DNA of 64,000 bases from NCBI GenBank assembly GCA_963733675.1, contig CAVTET010000003.1, positions 576,001 through 640,000 of the forward strand, given 5' to 3'. Below the pieces are notes generated by a model. It made no database searches and was not told the origin of the DNA. It saw only the letters and a list, made by a program, of their open reading frames with translations. This document shows positions 11,561-22,713 of this stretch, one piece after another (position 1 is the first letter of the stretch; the number at the start of each line of letters is the position of its first letter). The stretch is from an uncultured Methanosarcinaceae archaeon (lineage in GTDB: Archaea > Halobacteriota > Methanosarcinia > Methanosarcinales > Methanosarcinaceae). The position numbers were made by a program, and so were the translations under genes.

Positions 11561-12429
11561 TTATAAAATAGAACTTACTCATTTTACTGCTTTGAAACTA
11601 CTTCTGAATCCTCATAATTTTGATACTGAATGCATCGATTCCAAACATGTGTATAATTCAGAAGATAATTATACTTTTGTGCCTATTCGTACGTCTGATC
11701 TATGCACTAGATGAACAAAATTAAATATAATAGAGTGGGGTTAAAGGTGCGTGTGAGACAGTTCAAAGTTTAATTGTATTGATTTCCCATCTCAACATCG
11801 CTGGTCCTATAGAATTTATGTTGTTGGAAGTTCTGTAAAGTCGATAAGATGTTGATAATCCCTCTCTCTAACGACAAAAATAGCTAGAGACTCCTCAGTC
11901 TCCAAAAACTTTACAGAAAATATTCATCAATCAGGAGCCTTTATTGTCCTATTTATAACATTTTTTTTCATCCTTATGTATATTTATAAATATTCGGTTT
12001 ATTAAAAAATAAGTTGGAAGATATTTATTTTGTTAATATGATACTTCCAACTATAACTGATGGAAAAATTGAAAAAAATAATTTGAAGGAAAAACAACAC
12101 TCAACAATAACTTCAAATAAAAATAATGAAAGTTGATAAAATTTTGCCGAGTAGCTAAGCCAGTTGATGAAGTACTGAAGTAGGACAAAAAACAAATCTC
12201 ATTTATTTTTAAATTTAAAACAATCGAAAATCCGAAATCGAAAAATTAATAAATGCTTCTTTTTATGGTACTCAAATTAATTTAGGTGATTCTCATTAAA
12301 TTTTCAACATAGTATTGAGATTCATTATAAATCTTGATTTTTTTTTCTTTCATCCATACCTTTTAATATTGCCAATACATTAATTAATACGCATCATGGA
12401 TTTTGAATCATGTTCAGGTGACTTTAATA

Positions 12430-13587
12430 ATGTATTCTAATCGAATCAATGCATTACCACCATATCTTTTTTCAGTTATCGATGAATCAAAGGGCAAAAT
12501 GATTGCGGCAGGAGTGGACGTGATTGATCTTGGAGTGGGAGATCCGGACCTTCCGACACACCCACATATTGTCGACTCCCTACGAGAAGCGGTTTGTGAC
12601 CCAAAAACACATCACTATCCTTCTTATGCTGGAATGCCGGAATTCAGAATAGCTGCAGCTGAATGGTGTGAGAAATATAAGGGAATTGAGCTTGACCCTG
12701 CGAATGAAGTGTTGGCTCTAATTGGTTCAAAGGAAGCTATTGCCCACATCCCTATCGCATTTATCAATAGGGGTGATGTTGTGCTTTATACCGACCCAGG
12801 GTATCCGGTTTATAAAATTGGGGCTCTTTTTGCGGATGGAGAGCCATATCCTCTTCATCTAAAGGCCGAGAACAATTTCCTGCCTGACCTTGACTCGATT
12901 TCGGAGGAGGTCCTACAAAAAGCTAAACTGTTCTTTTTCAATTACCCTAATAACCCAACTACTGCAACAGCTGACATGGTATTCTTTGGCAAAGTTGCAA
13001 AGTTCTGCAAGAAGCATGACATCATTGCAGTACATGATAATGCCTACTCCCAGATTACATACGACGGATACAAAAGTCCCTCTTTTCTTTCAGCAAAAGG
13101 AGCAATGGACATCGGAATAGAACTTTATTCACACTCAAAGACCTATAATATGGCTGGTTGGAGATTAGGATTTGCGGTCGGAAACAAAGCTCTTATACAG
13201 GGACTTGGAAAGATTAAGTCCAACGTAGATTCAGGAGTATTTGATGCTATTCAGATTGCAGGCATTGCAGCTCTCAACTTTCCCCAGACCCATGTTGAAG
13301 AAACGAATAAAATTTATGAGGAAAGACGTAATGCTCTCATAGAAGGACTCACAGATATGGGCCTTAAAGTAAAGCTGCCAAAAGCTACTTTTTACATATG
13401 GGCTCCTGTCCCGAAGGGCTTTAGCTCAATCAGTTTTGCAAAACTCCTGCTCGAAGAAGCCGGAATCGTTGCAACTCCGGGTGTTGGCTTCGGAGAAGCT
13501 GGAGAAGGCTACATCAGGTTTGCTCTCACAAAGCCAGTTAAGAGAATTAAGGAAGCTGTAGAAAGGATGAAGAAACTGAGATTATAA
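12430..13587 (+). CDS. dapL: LL-diaminopimelate aminotransferase (class I/II PLP enzyme)
   Basis: LPPYLF, DLGVGDPD, LIGSKE, NYPNNPT, HDNAY and SHSKTYNMAGWRLG. Confidence 0.8.
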   Translation: MYSNRINALPPYLFSVIDESKGKMIAAGVDVIDLGVGDPDLPTHPHIVDSLREAVCDPKTHHYPSYAGMPEFRIAAAEWCEKYKGIELDPANEVLALIGSKEAIAHIPIAFINRGDVVLYTDPGYPVYKIGALFADGEPYPLHLKAENNFLPDLDSISEEVLQKAKLFFFNYPNNPTTATADMVFFGKVAKFCKKHDIIAVHDNAYSQITYDGYKSPSFLSAKGAMDIGIELYSHSKTYNMAGWRLGFAVGNKALIQGLGKIKSNVDSGVFDAIQIAGIAALNFPQTHVEETNKIYEERRNALIEGLTDMGLKVKLPKATFYIWAPVPKGFSSISFAKLLLEEAGIVATPGVGFGEAGEGYIRFALTKPVKRIKEAVERMKKLRL

Positions 13588-13754
13588 CGATCTCAAAAGG
13601 TATTTTAGTAGGATTTTGCATGAAATAATTCAGGTGTGTATAATCTGGCCAACATTCTGCAGACGCATGAGCATGTGTAATTTATTAGCTTGTTTGGCTA
13701 TTATTATTCATGTAAGTTAGATGAGTTTTTAAGGTGCTCCATATTACGAAAGAT

Positions 13755-13903
13755 GGTTCTGTTGCAAAAATAATATTTCCGCATTTTGAGACTATAATTC
13801 TTGCCTTTGTATATCATTTTCTTTCGATGAAAACGATTAACTTTCCTAATTGTGAAGGTTTTCACTGATTTTGTAACAAAGCTAGATTTTTTGCACCACA
13901 ACC
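13755..13903. mobile_element. 149-bp MITE with IS6-type termini, copy 2
   Basis: GGTTCTGTTGCAAAAA...TTTTTTGCACCACAACC; inverted near-copy of 7191-7339. Confidence 0.85.
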
Positions 13904-14263
13904 TTTTATGTTACTCATATAATCTATCAAATTTGATATTAAAAATTCGATCAAAATTTGAAAAAAATGACCCTCAAGAAGCAGAGAATTATCTGACAAA
14001 TAGAATCATAAAAATTGTTCAAAACTTTGTTGGCATAATGTTACTTTCTATTCCTAGTAAATATAAAAATTTCCTATAAGCATGGAAATAAAACTATCAA
14101 ATCAAAGTTATAATTAAAGAATACTTCAAAACCACGTCAGGGGTGCAATAAGAGTTAAAGAAGAAGTCAAAATTATTGTAAAAGAAAAGCAAGTACTTAT
14201 AAGTAAGCAAAAAATATCCTACTCCCTTTTAGTCTTTAATCTAAATTTCAGGCATCATTCAGC

Positions 14264-15607
14264 CTAATTTTCCCTTTTACCTTTGATATGTTCAAGAATC
14301 CGATGCTTTTTACTGATAGCCTCTTCAGCTGCCATTTCGATTGATGCCCTCATATCCTCAAAATCTCTAGGATTTTCTTCACCATGTACCTTTTTTACAG
14401 GGGTATAGGCTGATTCTCGGAATCTTGGCGAAAAATCCCTGATTTCCCCATTCATGAGAATCTCTGCTCCGCTTCCTTCTTCTACACGACCTATAATGTC
14501 AATTTTGACATTTGCAGCCCTAACAGTTTCTAAAATATCTCTAGTGTGTTTTGATGGTGCGATGATTAACAGCGCATCGATCGATATTCCAAGGTAGTCG
14601 ATCTCCAAGAACTCCAGCATAGAAAGCACCTTTGGATTTACAAGGGCTCTCATCTTTTCTTCTTCAAAGATCATTTTTACATCTGCGGTCTTTGAGATTT
14701 CTCTGGCATCACCCCGAATTCCGCCATTAGTTACGTCAGTCATAGAATGGATCTTCCTATAAAGTCCTGATTTCAGTAGAGCTTCGCAGGCTTCCAGGAA
14801 ATGGATGTTGATAGTCTCTTCCACGACATCATGCATCCCGTAATAAAGCGCAGTTGTAGAAACTGTACCACCACCAGCTCCTTCGGTCATAAGTATAATG
14901 TCTCCTACCCGTGTTTTATTTCGAGAGGTCAGATAGGAAGTTATACCTACAGCACCAACGCCGCCTGTCATTCGTTCGCCTATGACCATGTCCCCACCAA
15001 TTCGAAGTGTGCTCCCAGTTATGAGGGGTATTCCGGTTAGTTCAGAAACCGTAGTTATTCCTGCAATATGATCAAAGATCTTTGCAACATCTCCATCGTC
15101 TGCGATATGAATATCTGAAAGCATCGCCAGAGGACGGGCTCCCATAGAATATACATCACGTAAAGCTGCTCTAGCTACATGAAAGCCTGAAAGAAAAGGA
15201 AACTCACTTAGGCGAGAATGAATGCCGTCAATTGTAACAACGAGGTAATCGTCACCGAATTTAACAACACCTGAGTCATCAAGCTGAGAACTGTCTACAA
15301 ATGCACCTGTTTGGCCTATAACTTCTCCGAGCTTGGAGTGAACGTAGAAATCCCCAGTACCTCTGGACCCTACCCCGAATTCTCCCATGGAAACCCCTGA
15401 TAAGGTAGGACTTAACACATCGCCTTCTACATTTAGTGTTGCTTTTGCCTCATTAATAACCGCAGCCACAATTTCATGAGCTCGTTCGGAGCTTATGTCC
15501 TTAATTTCAAGAATCCTCGAAGCCAGTTGTTCCTTAAGTCCTACTTCATTTGAAGGGTCCTTCCTGAGAGCCCGTTTTGCATAGCCTTCTATATCCATAT
15601 TGACCAT
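14264..15607 (-). CDS. AIR synthase-related (PurM/HypE/SelD superfamily) protein
   Basis: GVGSRGTGDF, LDDSG, DGIHSRLS, LRDVYSMGARP and MTDVTNGG; conserved methanogen family. Confidence 0.85.
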   Translation of the reverse strand: MVNMDIEGYAKRALRKDPSNEVGLKEQLASRILEIKDISSERAHEIVAAVINEAKATLNVEGDVLSPTLSGVSMGEFGVGSRGTGDFYVHSKLGEVIGQTGAFVDSSQLDDSGVVKFGDDYLVVTIDGIHSRLSEFPFLSGFHVARAALRDVYSMGARPLAMLSDIHIADDGDVAKIFDHIAGITTVSELTGIPLITGSTLRIGGDMVIGERMTGGVGAVGITSYLTSRNKTRVGDIILMTEGAGGGTVSTTALYYGMHDVVEETINIHFLEACEALLKSGLYRKIHSMTDVTNGGIRGDAREISKTADVKMIFEEEKMRALVNPKVLSMLEFLEIDYLGISIDALLIIAPSKHTRDILETVRAANVKIDIIGRVEEGSGAEILMNGEIRDFSPRFRESAYTPVKKVHGEENPRDFEDMRASIEMAAEEAISKKHRILEHIKGKREN

Positions 15608-15784
15608 CTCTCGCAGATTTATACTACCCTAAAGTTCAGGGAAGGGATAGTACGCAAACATTATAATATGGTGAACTAGATGTTTTAATCTAAAGCACTT
15701 AAAAATCATAACTTAGTTGCTGGACAAAAAATAAAAAGTAATGTTCAAGCTTCATTACAAGAGCAAATTTTCCCAAAGATCTGT

Positions 15785-16393
15785 TCAGCACATTTCTACA
15801 AAATTTTTTAGTATCTTCAATCCAGTCGCTCCACTTTTCTCAGGATGGAATTGGGTTCCCATAACATTGCCTTTCGAGTTCACGACAGAAGCTGAAAACT
15901 CCAGCCCATAGTTACACGATGCAAGGGTATTCTCCGACGCTGTATCCACGTAGTACGAGTGTACAAAATAGACGAAAGAATTTTCAGAAATGCCTTCAAA
16001 CAAAGGGTGATCCTGTTTGATTCCAATATTGTTCCATCCAATATGAGGTACTTTTAATTCTGATTTTGGAAAACGTAGAACCTTGCCAGAAATGATATTA
16101 AGTCCATCTGTCAGCTTTCCTTCTTCAGATGAGCTCATCAGAACTTGCTGCCCAAGGCAAATACCAAGCATCGGTTTTCCTGAATGCACATAATCTTTTA
16201 TGATTCCTCCAATTGGAGCAAGGTACCTCATTGCATCCACAAAAGCGCCGACACCCGGAAGAATTACACCGTCTGCGCCAAGAACTTCCTCAGGGTCCGC
16301 GGAGATGATGGAACTGGCCCCTACATGTTCGAGCCCCTTTTGAACACTCCGAAGGTTCCCAAGCCCATAATCTAGAATCACCATTCTTTTCAT
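15785..16393 (-). CDS. hisH: Imidazole glycerol phosphate synthase glutaminase subunit
   Basis: LDYGLGNL, LPGVGAF, GICLG, VPHIGWN, YFVHSY and QFHPEKS; start placed at MKRMVIL. Confidence 0.95.
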   Translation of the reverse strand: MKRMVILDYGLGNLRSVQKGLEHVGASSIISADPEEVLGADGVILPGVGAFVDAMRYLAPIGGIIKDYVHSGKPMLGICLGQQVLMSSSEEGKLTDGLNIISGKVLRFPKSELKVPHIGWNNIGIKQDHPLFEGISENSFVYFVHSYYVDTASENTLASCNYGLEFSASVVNSKGNVMGTQFHPEKSGATGLKILKNFVEMC

Positions 16394-16568
16394 AGCTCTA
16401 ACAAATAAGTTAAAATAGATTAAGTTTACGACAAAGAAGCAGGAAAAAGTTATCAAAAGAGACAAGCATGAATTGAAAAATTAAAAGATTTTTAAATCTT
16501 CTGAGATCAATATCTGCAATAGAGAATCTGTGATATTTATTTTTCCTTTCAAAAATAATCTTTTACTA

Positions 16569-16600
16569 CAGTCGAATACCCTGCAGATAGCTGCGGGATG
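16569..16600. repeat. Short GC hairpin related to the 7114 palindrome (possible IS200/IS605-type end)
   Basis: CAGTCGAATACC is shared with 7120-7131 and runs into the stem-loop CCCTGCAG-ATAG-CTGCGGG. Confidence 0.45.
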
Positions 16601-16813
16601 GAAACGTCTTCGAAAACCGCTATTAACTAACTGATGTATATGAACCTATTGTTGGTTCTTAATACAGTACTTCACTAAACAGTAACCTTTGATTCCAAAG
16701 GCATATCTGCTTATTTCATCCTTATTAAACGGTAATTGACAACATAGATATATTTTTTATCAGCAAATTATAGGGGTTTATCGAAATTCTCTGAAACTTG
16801 TAATTACAACTAA

Positions 16814-17686
16814 GAGCCTATCCGAAAAATAATATACTTTCAATTTAAGATCATTTGTGGTAATGACAAAACTGAAAATTGTTCAGGACTACGAACTTTC
16901 TGAAGATTATTGGAATAAAAATAGAACCTTTACTACCTGTACCTAAGCCAAAAAAGAAGTCTGAAAGACCTAGAAAGGGTTATAGGAAAATAATGAGTGG
17001 CATTTTCTATCTTCTCTTTACTGGTTGCCAATGGAAAACATTGCCACGATTTTATGGAGCTCCAAGCACTGTATATGATCGATTTCAGGAATGGCAAATA
17101 TCAGGCTTATTTGAGAACATATAGCTGGCTGGTCTTGTTGAGTATGATTTCGAAAAAGGATTAGAATGGGGATGACAATCAATTGATGGTGCTATGACAA
17201 AAGCACCATTAGGTGGAGCTGGAACAGGAACCAATCCTACTGATCGTGGCAAAAAAGGTACAAAAAGGAGTGTTTTAACTGATGGTAAAGGCATACCACT
17301 TTCTGTTTTCGTGGTTGGAGCCAATCGTCACGATAAAAAGCTTGTAAAAAGGACTTTAGACGCCATATTCTTTGAAAGACCTTCTCCAGAAGACATAATT
17401 CAGAATATATGCATGGATAAGGGTTATGATTTCACAGATATCAGAAAATTGGTTGAAGAATATGGTTATACTGCATATCAAAAGTCGTGGAGAAGAAAAC
17501 ATAAGAAGAGGCATACCTGGTTTTAGGGCAAGAAGATGGGTTGTAGAAAGGACACATTTTTGGCTGAATAGATTCAGAAGACTCCTTATAAGATGGGAAA
17601 AGAAAATTGAAAATTACCAATTACTATCCTACATTTAGCGTGCGCATTGATAACATTCAGATCTGCAGGACTTTTCGGATAGCCTC
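16814..17686 (+). mobile_element. IS5-family element (inactive), copy 1
   Basis: TIRs GAGCCTATCCGAAAA / TTTTCGGATAGCCTC with TAA duplicated on both flanks. Transposase (TGCQWK, IDGAM, DKGYD, RWVVERT) is broken by TAG, TGA and frameshifts. Confidence 0.93.
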
Positions 17687-17689
17687 TAA

Positions 17690-18180
17690 ATCAAACAAAA
17701 GAATTAAGGAAATTTATGAAAAGCACAAGAAGGGAAATTGAGACATATTTAATGTATTTGGATATAATTTGAGGACGAAGGACCAACTTTCTATATTGTG
17801 GCAATATTTGGTCAGGACAAAGAATACATCTATTTGCAACAAAAAAAGTGGATCATAATAGACAAACTTGCCAAGCAAATATCTTATGAATACAGAAAAC
17901 GATGGAATATAGAAATTGGATATAGAGCAAAAGAGATTTAAGATACGAACATTTTCAAACCACCCATTACAAGGGCGCTATTTTTTGTAATACAATAAAT
18001 AATTGATAACATTTTTAATTTGTTAAAGTCAGTTATTAATATCATCGCTTATCAAATGAAATCAGGAATCAGCCCGTAGATTATTAAACTATTAACTAGA
18101 AGATATTGGGAGCAATATACGATATTCCACTAAAATTACTCATTAATTTAGTAATGAAATTTAGTAGAGAAAGAAATATA
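17690..18180 (+). pseudogene. ISH3/IS4-like transposase remnant (interrupted by IS5 copy 1)
   Basis: EYRKRWNIEIGYRAKE and FKIRT motifs. Removing the IS5 and one TAA rejoins LVITTKSNKRIKEIYEKH in frame. Confidence 0.65.
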
Positions 18181-18700
18181 GTGTTTTGCTCTCGATTAAC
18201 TAGGTGTATTGACTCGAAGATATACTAAAAAGGGATAAATAGCCGTTTAGTAGAGACTCTGTATAATTTATACTTTAGAACTTTTAGATATTGAATTTTA
18301 TATAGCCGATTACAAAAAATAGAATGAAGATGTATGAATGAAGTTTTTTCTTGTGAATTATTGAGGAAAAATTGTAATCGAATAAAAATAGTCATTCGAA
18401 AACACAGCAAAGTGGAACTATTGTTTACACAAAATTATAATATAGTATTGTATCCTATACAGGGCGGGTTCTCAGCTTAAAAATGTCATGTAACCAAAAG
18501 GCCTAAGCGAATCGTTCTTTACATAGGAATCGTTTTATCGAGTAATAGACCAAGGGCATAATAGATGTTCTGACTTGAAATTAAATATTAACTCAGGCAA
18601 TCGTTAAAAACAATTCAAACCAAAGTTATCAATGTTAGCATTATAAGGATAAAGAACGACGTAATAAATAACCTAGCTAATGTTAAAACGTGATTTGATT

Positions 18701-20101
18701 ATGAAAATTGTAATGAAATTTGGAGGAACTTCCGTTGGGAACGGAAAAAGGATAAGCCAGGTTGCACAAATTCTGAAAAAGTACCACGATGAAGGCAATC
18801 AAATCGTGGTAGTAACCTCGGCATTGAGTGGGGTAACAGACAAGCTTTTGGATAATGCATTTTTTGCCTCAACAAAAGGCGAAGTGAGCCTTATTAAAAA
18901 GTTTAAAACAGAACTTACAAAAAAACATCATGAAGCTGTAAAGGATGCAATTGATGAACCCAAAGTTGCAAAAGAAGTACTCCAAATTCTCGATCACCGC
19001 ATTGAAGAGCTCGAAAAAGCTCTAATTGGAATTTGTTATCTTGGTGAGCTTACTCCCAGGTCTATTGACTATATCTCCTCTTACGGAGAACGCTTAGCTG
19101 CTCCAATTGTCTCAGGAGCCATTCGATCTCTTGGAATAGCATCAACCGATTACACAGGTGGAGAAATAGGAATAATAACCTCATCAGATTATGGAAATGC
19201 CAGGCCTCTTGAAAAAACTTACGAACTTGTAAAAAATAGACTTGAGTGCATACTTGGTTCACAGGTTATCGTAATCACAGGTTTTATCGGAGAAAATGAA
19301 AACGGAATTGTTACTACCCTGGGAAGGAGTGGGTCTGACTTTACAGCTTCCATTCTGGGTGCTTCCCTAAAAGCCGACGAAATTTGGCTCTGGAAAGAAG
19401 TAAACGGGATCATGACTACTGACCCGAGAATCATACCTGAAGCAAAAACAATCCCACAAATTTCTTATTCTGAAGCCATGGAGCTTTCTTACTTCGGAGC
19501 TAACGTGCTGCATCCGCGCACAATTGAGCCTGCAATGAGAGAACACATTCCTGTACGTGTTAAAAATACTTTTGACCCAGAGTTTCCTGGAACCCTCGTT
19601 GTTGCGGAGAAGTTCCAGTGCGAGCACGTTGTAAAAGCCATAAGCCTGATCAAAGATGTAACCCTAATTAACATCTCAGGCGCAGAGATGGCAGGGGCAA
19701 TTGGAACTGTAGCAAGGCTTTTTACGGCGCTTGCGAACGCCGGAGTGAATGTTGTTATGATCAGCCAGGGTTCTTCCGAGTCCAATATTTCTTTTGTGGT
19801 TAGCGAAGCGCATGCTGAAGCTGCATTAAAAGCTCTTCATTCCGAATTCAACCGCGAAATAGTAAAAGAGATCAACTCAGATGAAAATGTCTGTGTAGTT
19901 GCAGTTGTCGGTGCAGGAATGGCAGGAACACCGGGTGTTGCAAAACGAGTTTTTGGAGCTCTTGGGAATTCAATGATAAATATTATCATGATCAGTCAGG
20001 GCTCTTCTCAATACAATATCTCTTTCGTGGTTCGAGAAGAAGATGCATTTGCTGCAGTCAGGATCCTGCATGACGAATTCAAACTATATAACGAAAATTG
20101 A
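18701..20101 (+). CDS. lysC: Aspartate kinase
   Basis: VMKFGGTSV, VVVTSA, TTLGRSGSDFTA, DPR and VLHPRT, with C-terminal ACT domains. Confidence 0.95.
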   Translation: MKIVMKFGGTSVGNGKRISQVAQILKKYHDEGNQIVVVTSALSGVTDKLLDNAFFASTKGEVSLIKKFKTELTKKHHEAVKDAIDEPKVAKEVLQILDHRIEELEKALIGICYLGELTPRSIDYISSYGERLAAPIVSGAIRSLGIASTDYTGGEIGIITSSDYGNARPLEKTYELVKNRLECILGSQVIVITGFIGENENGIVTTLGRSGSDFTASILGASLKADEIWLWKEVNGIMTTDPRIIPEAKTIPQISYSEAMELSYFGANVLHPRTIEPAMREHIPVRVKNTFDPEFPGTLVVAEKFQCEHVVKAISLIKDVTLINISGAEMAGAIGTVARLFTALANAGVNVVMISQGSSESNISFVVSEAHAEAALKALHSEFNREIVKEINSDENVCVVAVVGAGMAGTPGVAKRVFGALGNSMINIIMISQGSSQYNISFVVREEDAFAAVRILHDEFKLYNEN

Positions 20102-20134
20102 AAAAAACTATGAAAAAAACATGAAGGGCAGATA

Positions 20135-21133
20135 ATGAGCTGGAAGCATTTGACATACGCTGATTCAGGCGTAGATATTGCAAAAGAAGAAAAAACAATC
20201 AAAAAAATAATCGAAAAACTCAGCTATGTTCGAAAAGGCATCGGAGCTCCACTCAGAGGGATAGGTCACTATGCAGGACTCCTGGATTTCGGGGAATATG
20301 CCCTTGCCTTGACAATGGATGGAGTGGGTTCAAAAGTACTTATCGCAAACGAGATGCATAGATGGAATACTGTTGGAATAGACTGTATTGCGATGAATGT
20401 TAATGACCTACTTGCCATAGGAGCTGAACCTGTAGCCTTTTTGGACTACCTTGCCTTGGAAAAGCATGACGAAGGATTCGCCGCACAGATAGGAGAAGGA
20501 CTGCTGAAAGGAGCTGAAATCTCCAGAATGTCTATTGTAGGTGGGGAAACTGCGACAATGCCTGATATAATCAAAGGCTTTGATCTTGCAGGTACATGTC
20601 TTGGAATTGTCAAAAAAGATAAGATTATTGAAGGGGAAAAAGTCAGGATGGGAGATGTGGTTGTCGGGATTCCCAGCATAGGTGTTCATAGCAACGGTTA
20701 CACCCTTGTAAGGAAGATCATTGAAGAAGCTGGATATTCTTATTATGATTCCTGTCCCTATAACAGTTCAAAGACTATAGGAGACGAACTCCTAACCCCT
20801 ACAAGAATTTATATTGAGATTCTTGATGTACTTAAGGTATGTGAAGTTCACGGGCTTGCCCACATAACAGGTAGCGGGCTTTTGAAGCTGAGGAGAGTAA
20901 CAAAACTGGGCTTTGACTTTTACGACCCTCTTGAGCCTCAGGAAATTTTTAAATTCCTGCAAGAAGAAGGGAGAGTAGAAGATCTTGAAATGTACAGAAC
21001 TTTCAACATGGGTATGGGCTTTCTTGTTATCCTGCCGGAAGAATATGCAGCAAAAGCTTCAGAAATTACCGGTGGAAAGATAGTCGGGAAAATCGTAGAA
21101 AGCGGGATCAAAATAAAAGACATGGTAATATAG
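20135..21133 (+). CDS. purM: Phosphoribosylformylglycinamidine cyclo-ligase
   Basis: TYADSGVD, DGVGSK, AMNVND, GGETA, HSNGY, AHITG and RTFNMG. Confidence 0.95.
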   Translation: MSWKHLTYADSGVDIAKEEKTIKKIIEKLSYVRKGIGAPLRGIGHYAGLLDFGEYALALTMDGVGSKVLIANEMHRWNTVGIDCIAMNVNDLLAIGAEPVAFLDYLALEKHDEGFAAQIGEGLLKGAEISRMSIVGGETATMPDIIKGFDLAGTCLGIVKKDKIIEGEKVRMGDVVVGIPSIGVHSNGYTLVRKIIEEAGYSYYDSCPYNSSKTIGDELLTPTRIYIEILDVLKVCEVHGLAHITGSGLLKLRRVTKLGFDFYDPLEPQEIFKFLQEEGRVEDLEMYRTFNMGMGFLVILPEEYAAKASEITGGKIVGKIVESGIKIKDMVI

Positions 21134-21253
21134 ATTCAAAGAGTGTAAAACTCAATTTCGAAAATCAACTTGCAAGAAAGTGAGAATCAATACTTTGTGA
21201 CATTATGTTGGAATCCTCTTCTGAGATCTTGATTATGACCGGCCGTTTGAAGT

Positions 21254-21628
21254 TCACTTTTTCCAAATATCTTGGAAGCTGGTTTGAGGCTTCTTGGAGT
21301 TTTCAAGAGAGCTAGCATTCTTCAATGAGGTCGATGTATTCTTCTTTCCTACCTCTCTAAGCCTATAGATTTCCTTTCTGCTATCCTCACTATCTATAGA
21401 AAGGACAAAAGTTCCATAGCAGGGTTTTGTATAAGTGAAGATCAGAGAATTGCCCTTTATCCCTAAAGCAATTGGTGGTATTCCTATTACGTAGTAGTCA
21501 TTGAAAATCTTGTACCCAGGAGGTACATAGTAAACCTCATCAGAGTTTTTCTCAATGAACTCTCTTGACTCTTTAAAAGTCTTTTTTTCCATGAGAATCT
21601 CGTACTTCATCTTTTCAATGCAGCTCAT
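21254..21628 (-). CDS. DUF1894-family protein
   Basis: MSCIE..YEIL..TFKE and YTKPCYGTFVL; overlaps the DUF1890-like gene as in other methanogens. Confidence 0.75.
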   Translation of the reverse strand: MSCIEKMKYEILMEKKTFKESREFIEKNSDEVYYVPPGYKIFNDYYVIGIPPIALGIKGNSLIFTYTKPCYGTFVLSIDSEDSRKEIYRLREVGKKNTSTSLKNASSLENSKKPQTSFQDIWKK

Positions 21629-22083
21629 TTGACTATATCCTCCATCACTTTATCTAGCTTATTTTTGAGACGAGAGGGATTATGAACATCATTCACGACG
21701 ATCTTTTCACAATTGAATTCAATTGTTTTGGACAGAGTTTCGGAGTTCCTGCCAAAAACTATGGAGTATATCTTAGCCTGAGAAATGGCACTCATGGTAG
21801 AAGCATATGTCATTCCAGCATCATTATGCATAAAAGCAAAGCATATGTCGAAATATATTCTTTTCTCAATAATATCCTCTAGAATTTTATCTAAATTCAC
21901 CAAGTTTTTTACATAATAGCCATCGGAATCAGATACCTTCAAAAGCTTGGTTGCGGCATCTGTCCCAGCGACTGTTACAGTGAATCCTAAGTTGGTCAGT
22001 TTATGAGAAAGATACAAGGCAATGCTAGTTTGAATTGGAATCTCGGGACATCCCATCATGAAGAGCACTTTTCCGCCGGGCAT
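21625..22083 (-). CDS. DUF1890-family protein
   Basis: MGCPEIPIQTSIALYL, FMHNDAG and HNP motifs. Confidence 0.8.
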   Translation of the reverse strand: MPGGKVLFMMGCPEIPIQTSIALYLSHKLTNLGFTVTVAGTDAATKLLKVSDSDGYYVKNLVNLDKILEDIIEKRIYFDICFAFMHNDAGMTYASTMSAISQAKIYSIVFGRNSETLSKTIEFNCEKIVVNDVHNPSRLKNKLDKVMEDIVK

Positions 22084-22503
22084 AGCATTTTCATCTCTTG
22101 GTTGTTTTATCTATGAGATTTAGATATGTGTTAATCCTGAATTTCAACCTTTGCAATTGATATGGCGGCTAAAATCTTTTAAAAAAAGACAATTTTTTAA
22201 TTCAACCAAGTTCCCTGTAAAATCCATGTTTCATCCCTTTAGGAATGATTTTAACGTTAATAAAAGCTCTTAAAGGACAAAAGGGAGACTTTTTATTCTT
22301 GCCGATAATTAGGATTGATTGCAGTTAATTGCTAGTAGAAATGATAAGTATTGATGATTCAGATATACTAAAAAGTCTCCTAAAGAAAAGCTTTGTAGAG
22401 ATCCTTAATTAAATCTAAATTATTTCTACGCTTTTTTATCAAAATATCTCTATAATTTGGTTTATGCTGCTCTGTAAAGTCATCAGTTGACAAGATAATA
22501 TTC

Positions 22504-22713
22504 AATAAATAAATAGATAAATAAATAGATAAATAAATAGATAAATAAATAAATAAATAAATAAATAGATAGATAAATAAATAGATAAATAAATAGATAA
22601 ATAGATAAATAAATAGATAAATAAATAAATAAATAAATAAATAACTAAATAAATAACTAAATAAATAAATAAATAACTAAATAAATAAATAACTAAATAA
22701 ATAAATAACTAAT
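22504..22713. repeat. Compound tetranucleotide microsatellite (AAAT with AGAT and AACT variants)
   Basis: About 52 contiguous 4-bp units; AGAT variants in the left part, AACT variants in the right. Confidence 0.97.

Noticed and set aside
17173-17175. Selenocysteine readthrough of the IS5 TGA
   Set aside because: The position corresponds to Trp, no SECIS is evident, and Methanosarcina are not known to use Sec.
18318-18400. About 80-bp similarity to 39652-39735
   Set aside because: AT-rich, moderate identity and no defined ends; could not be assigned.
22504-22713. Possible CRISPR array
   Set aside because: Pure 4-bp periodicity with no unique spacers, and no cas genes in the window.
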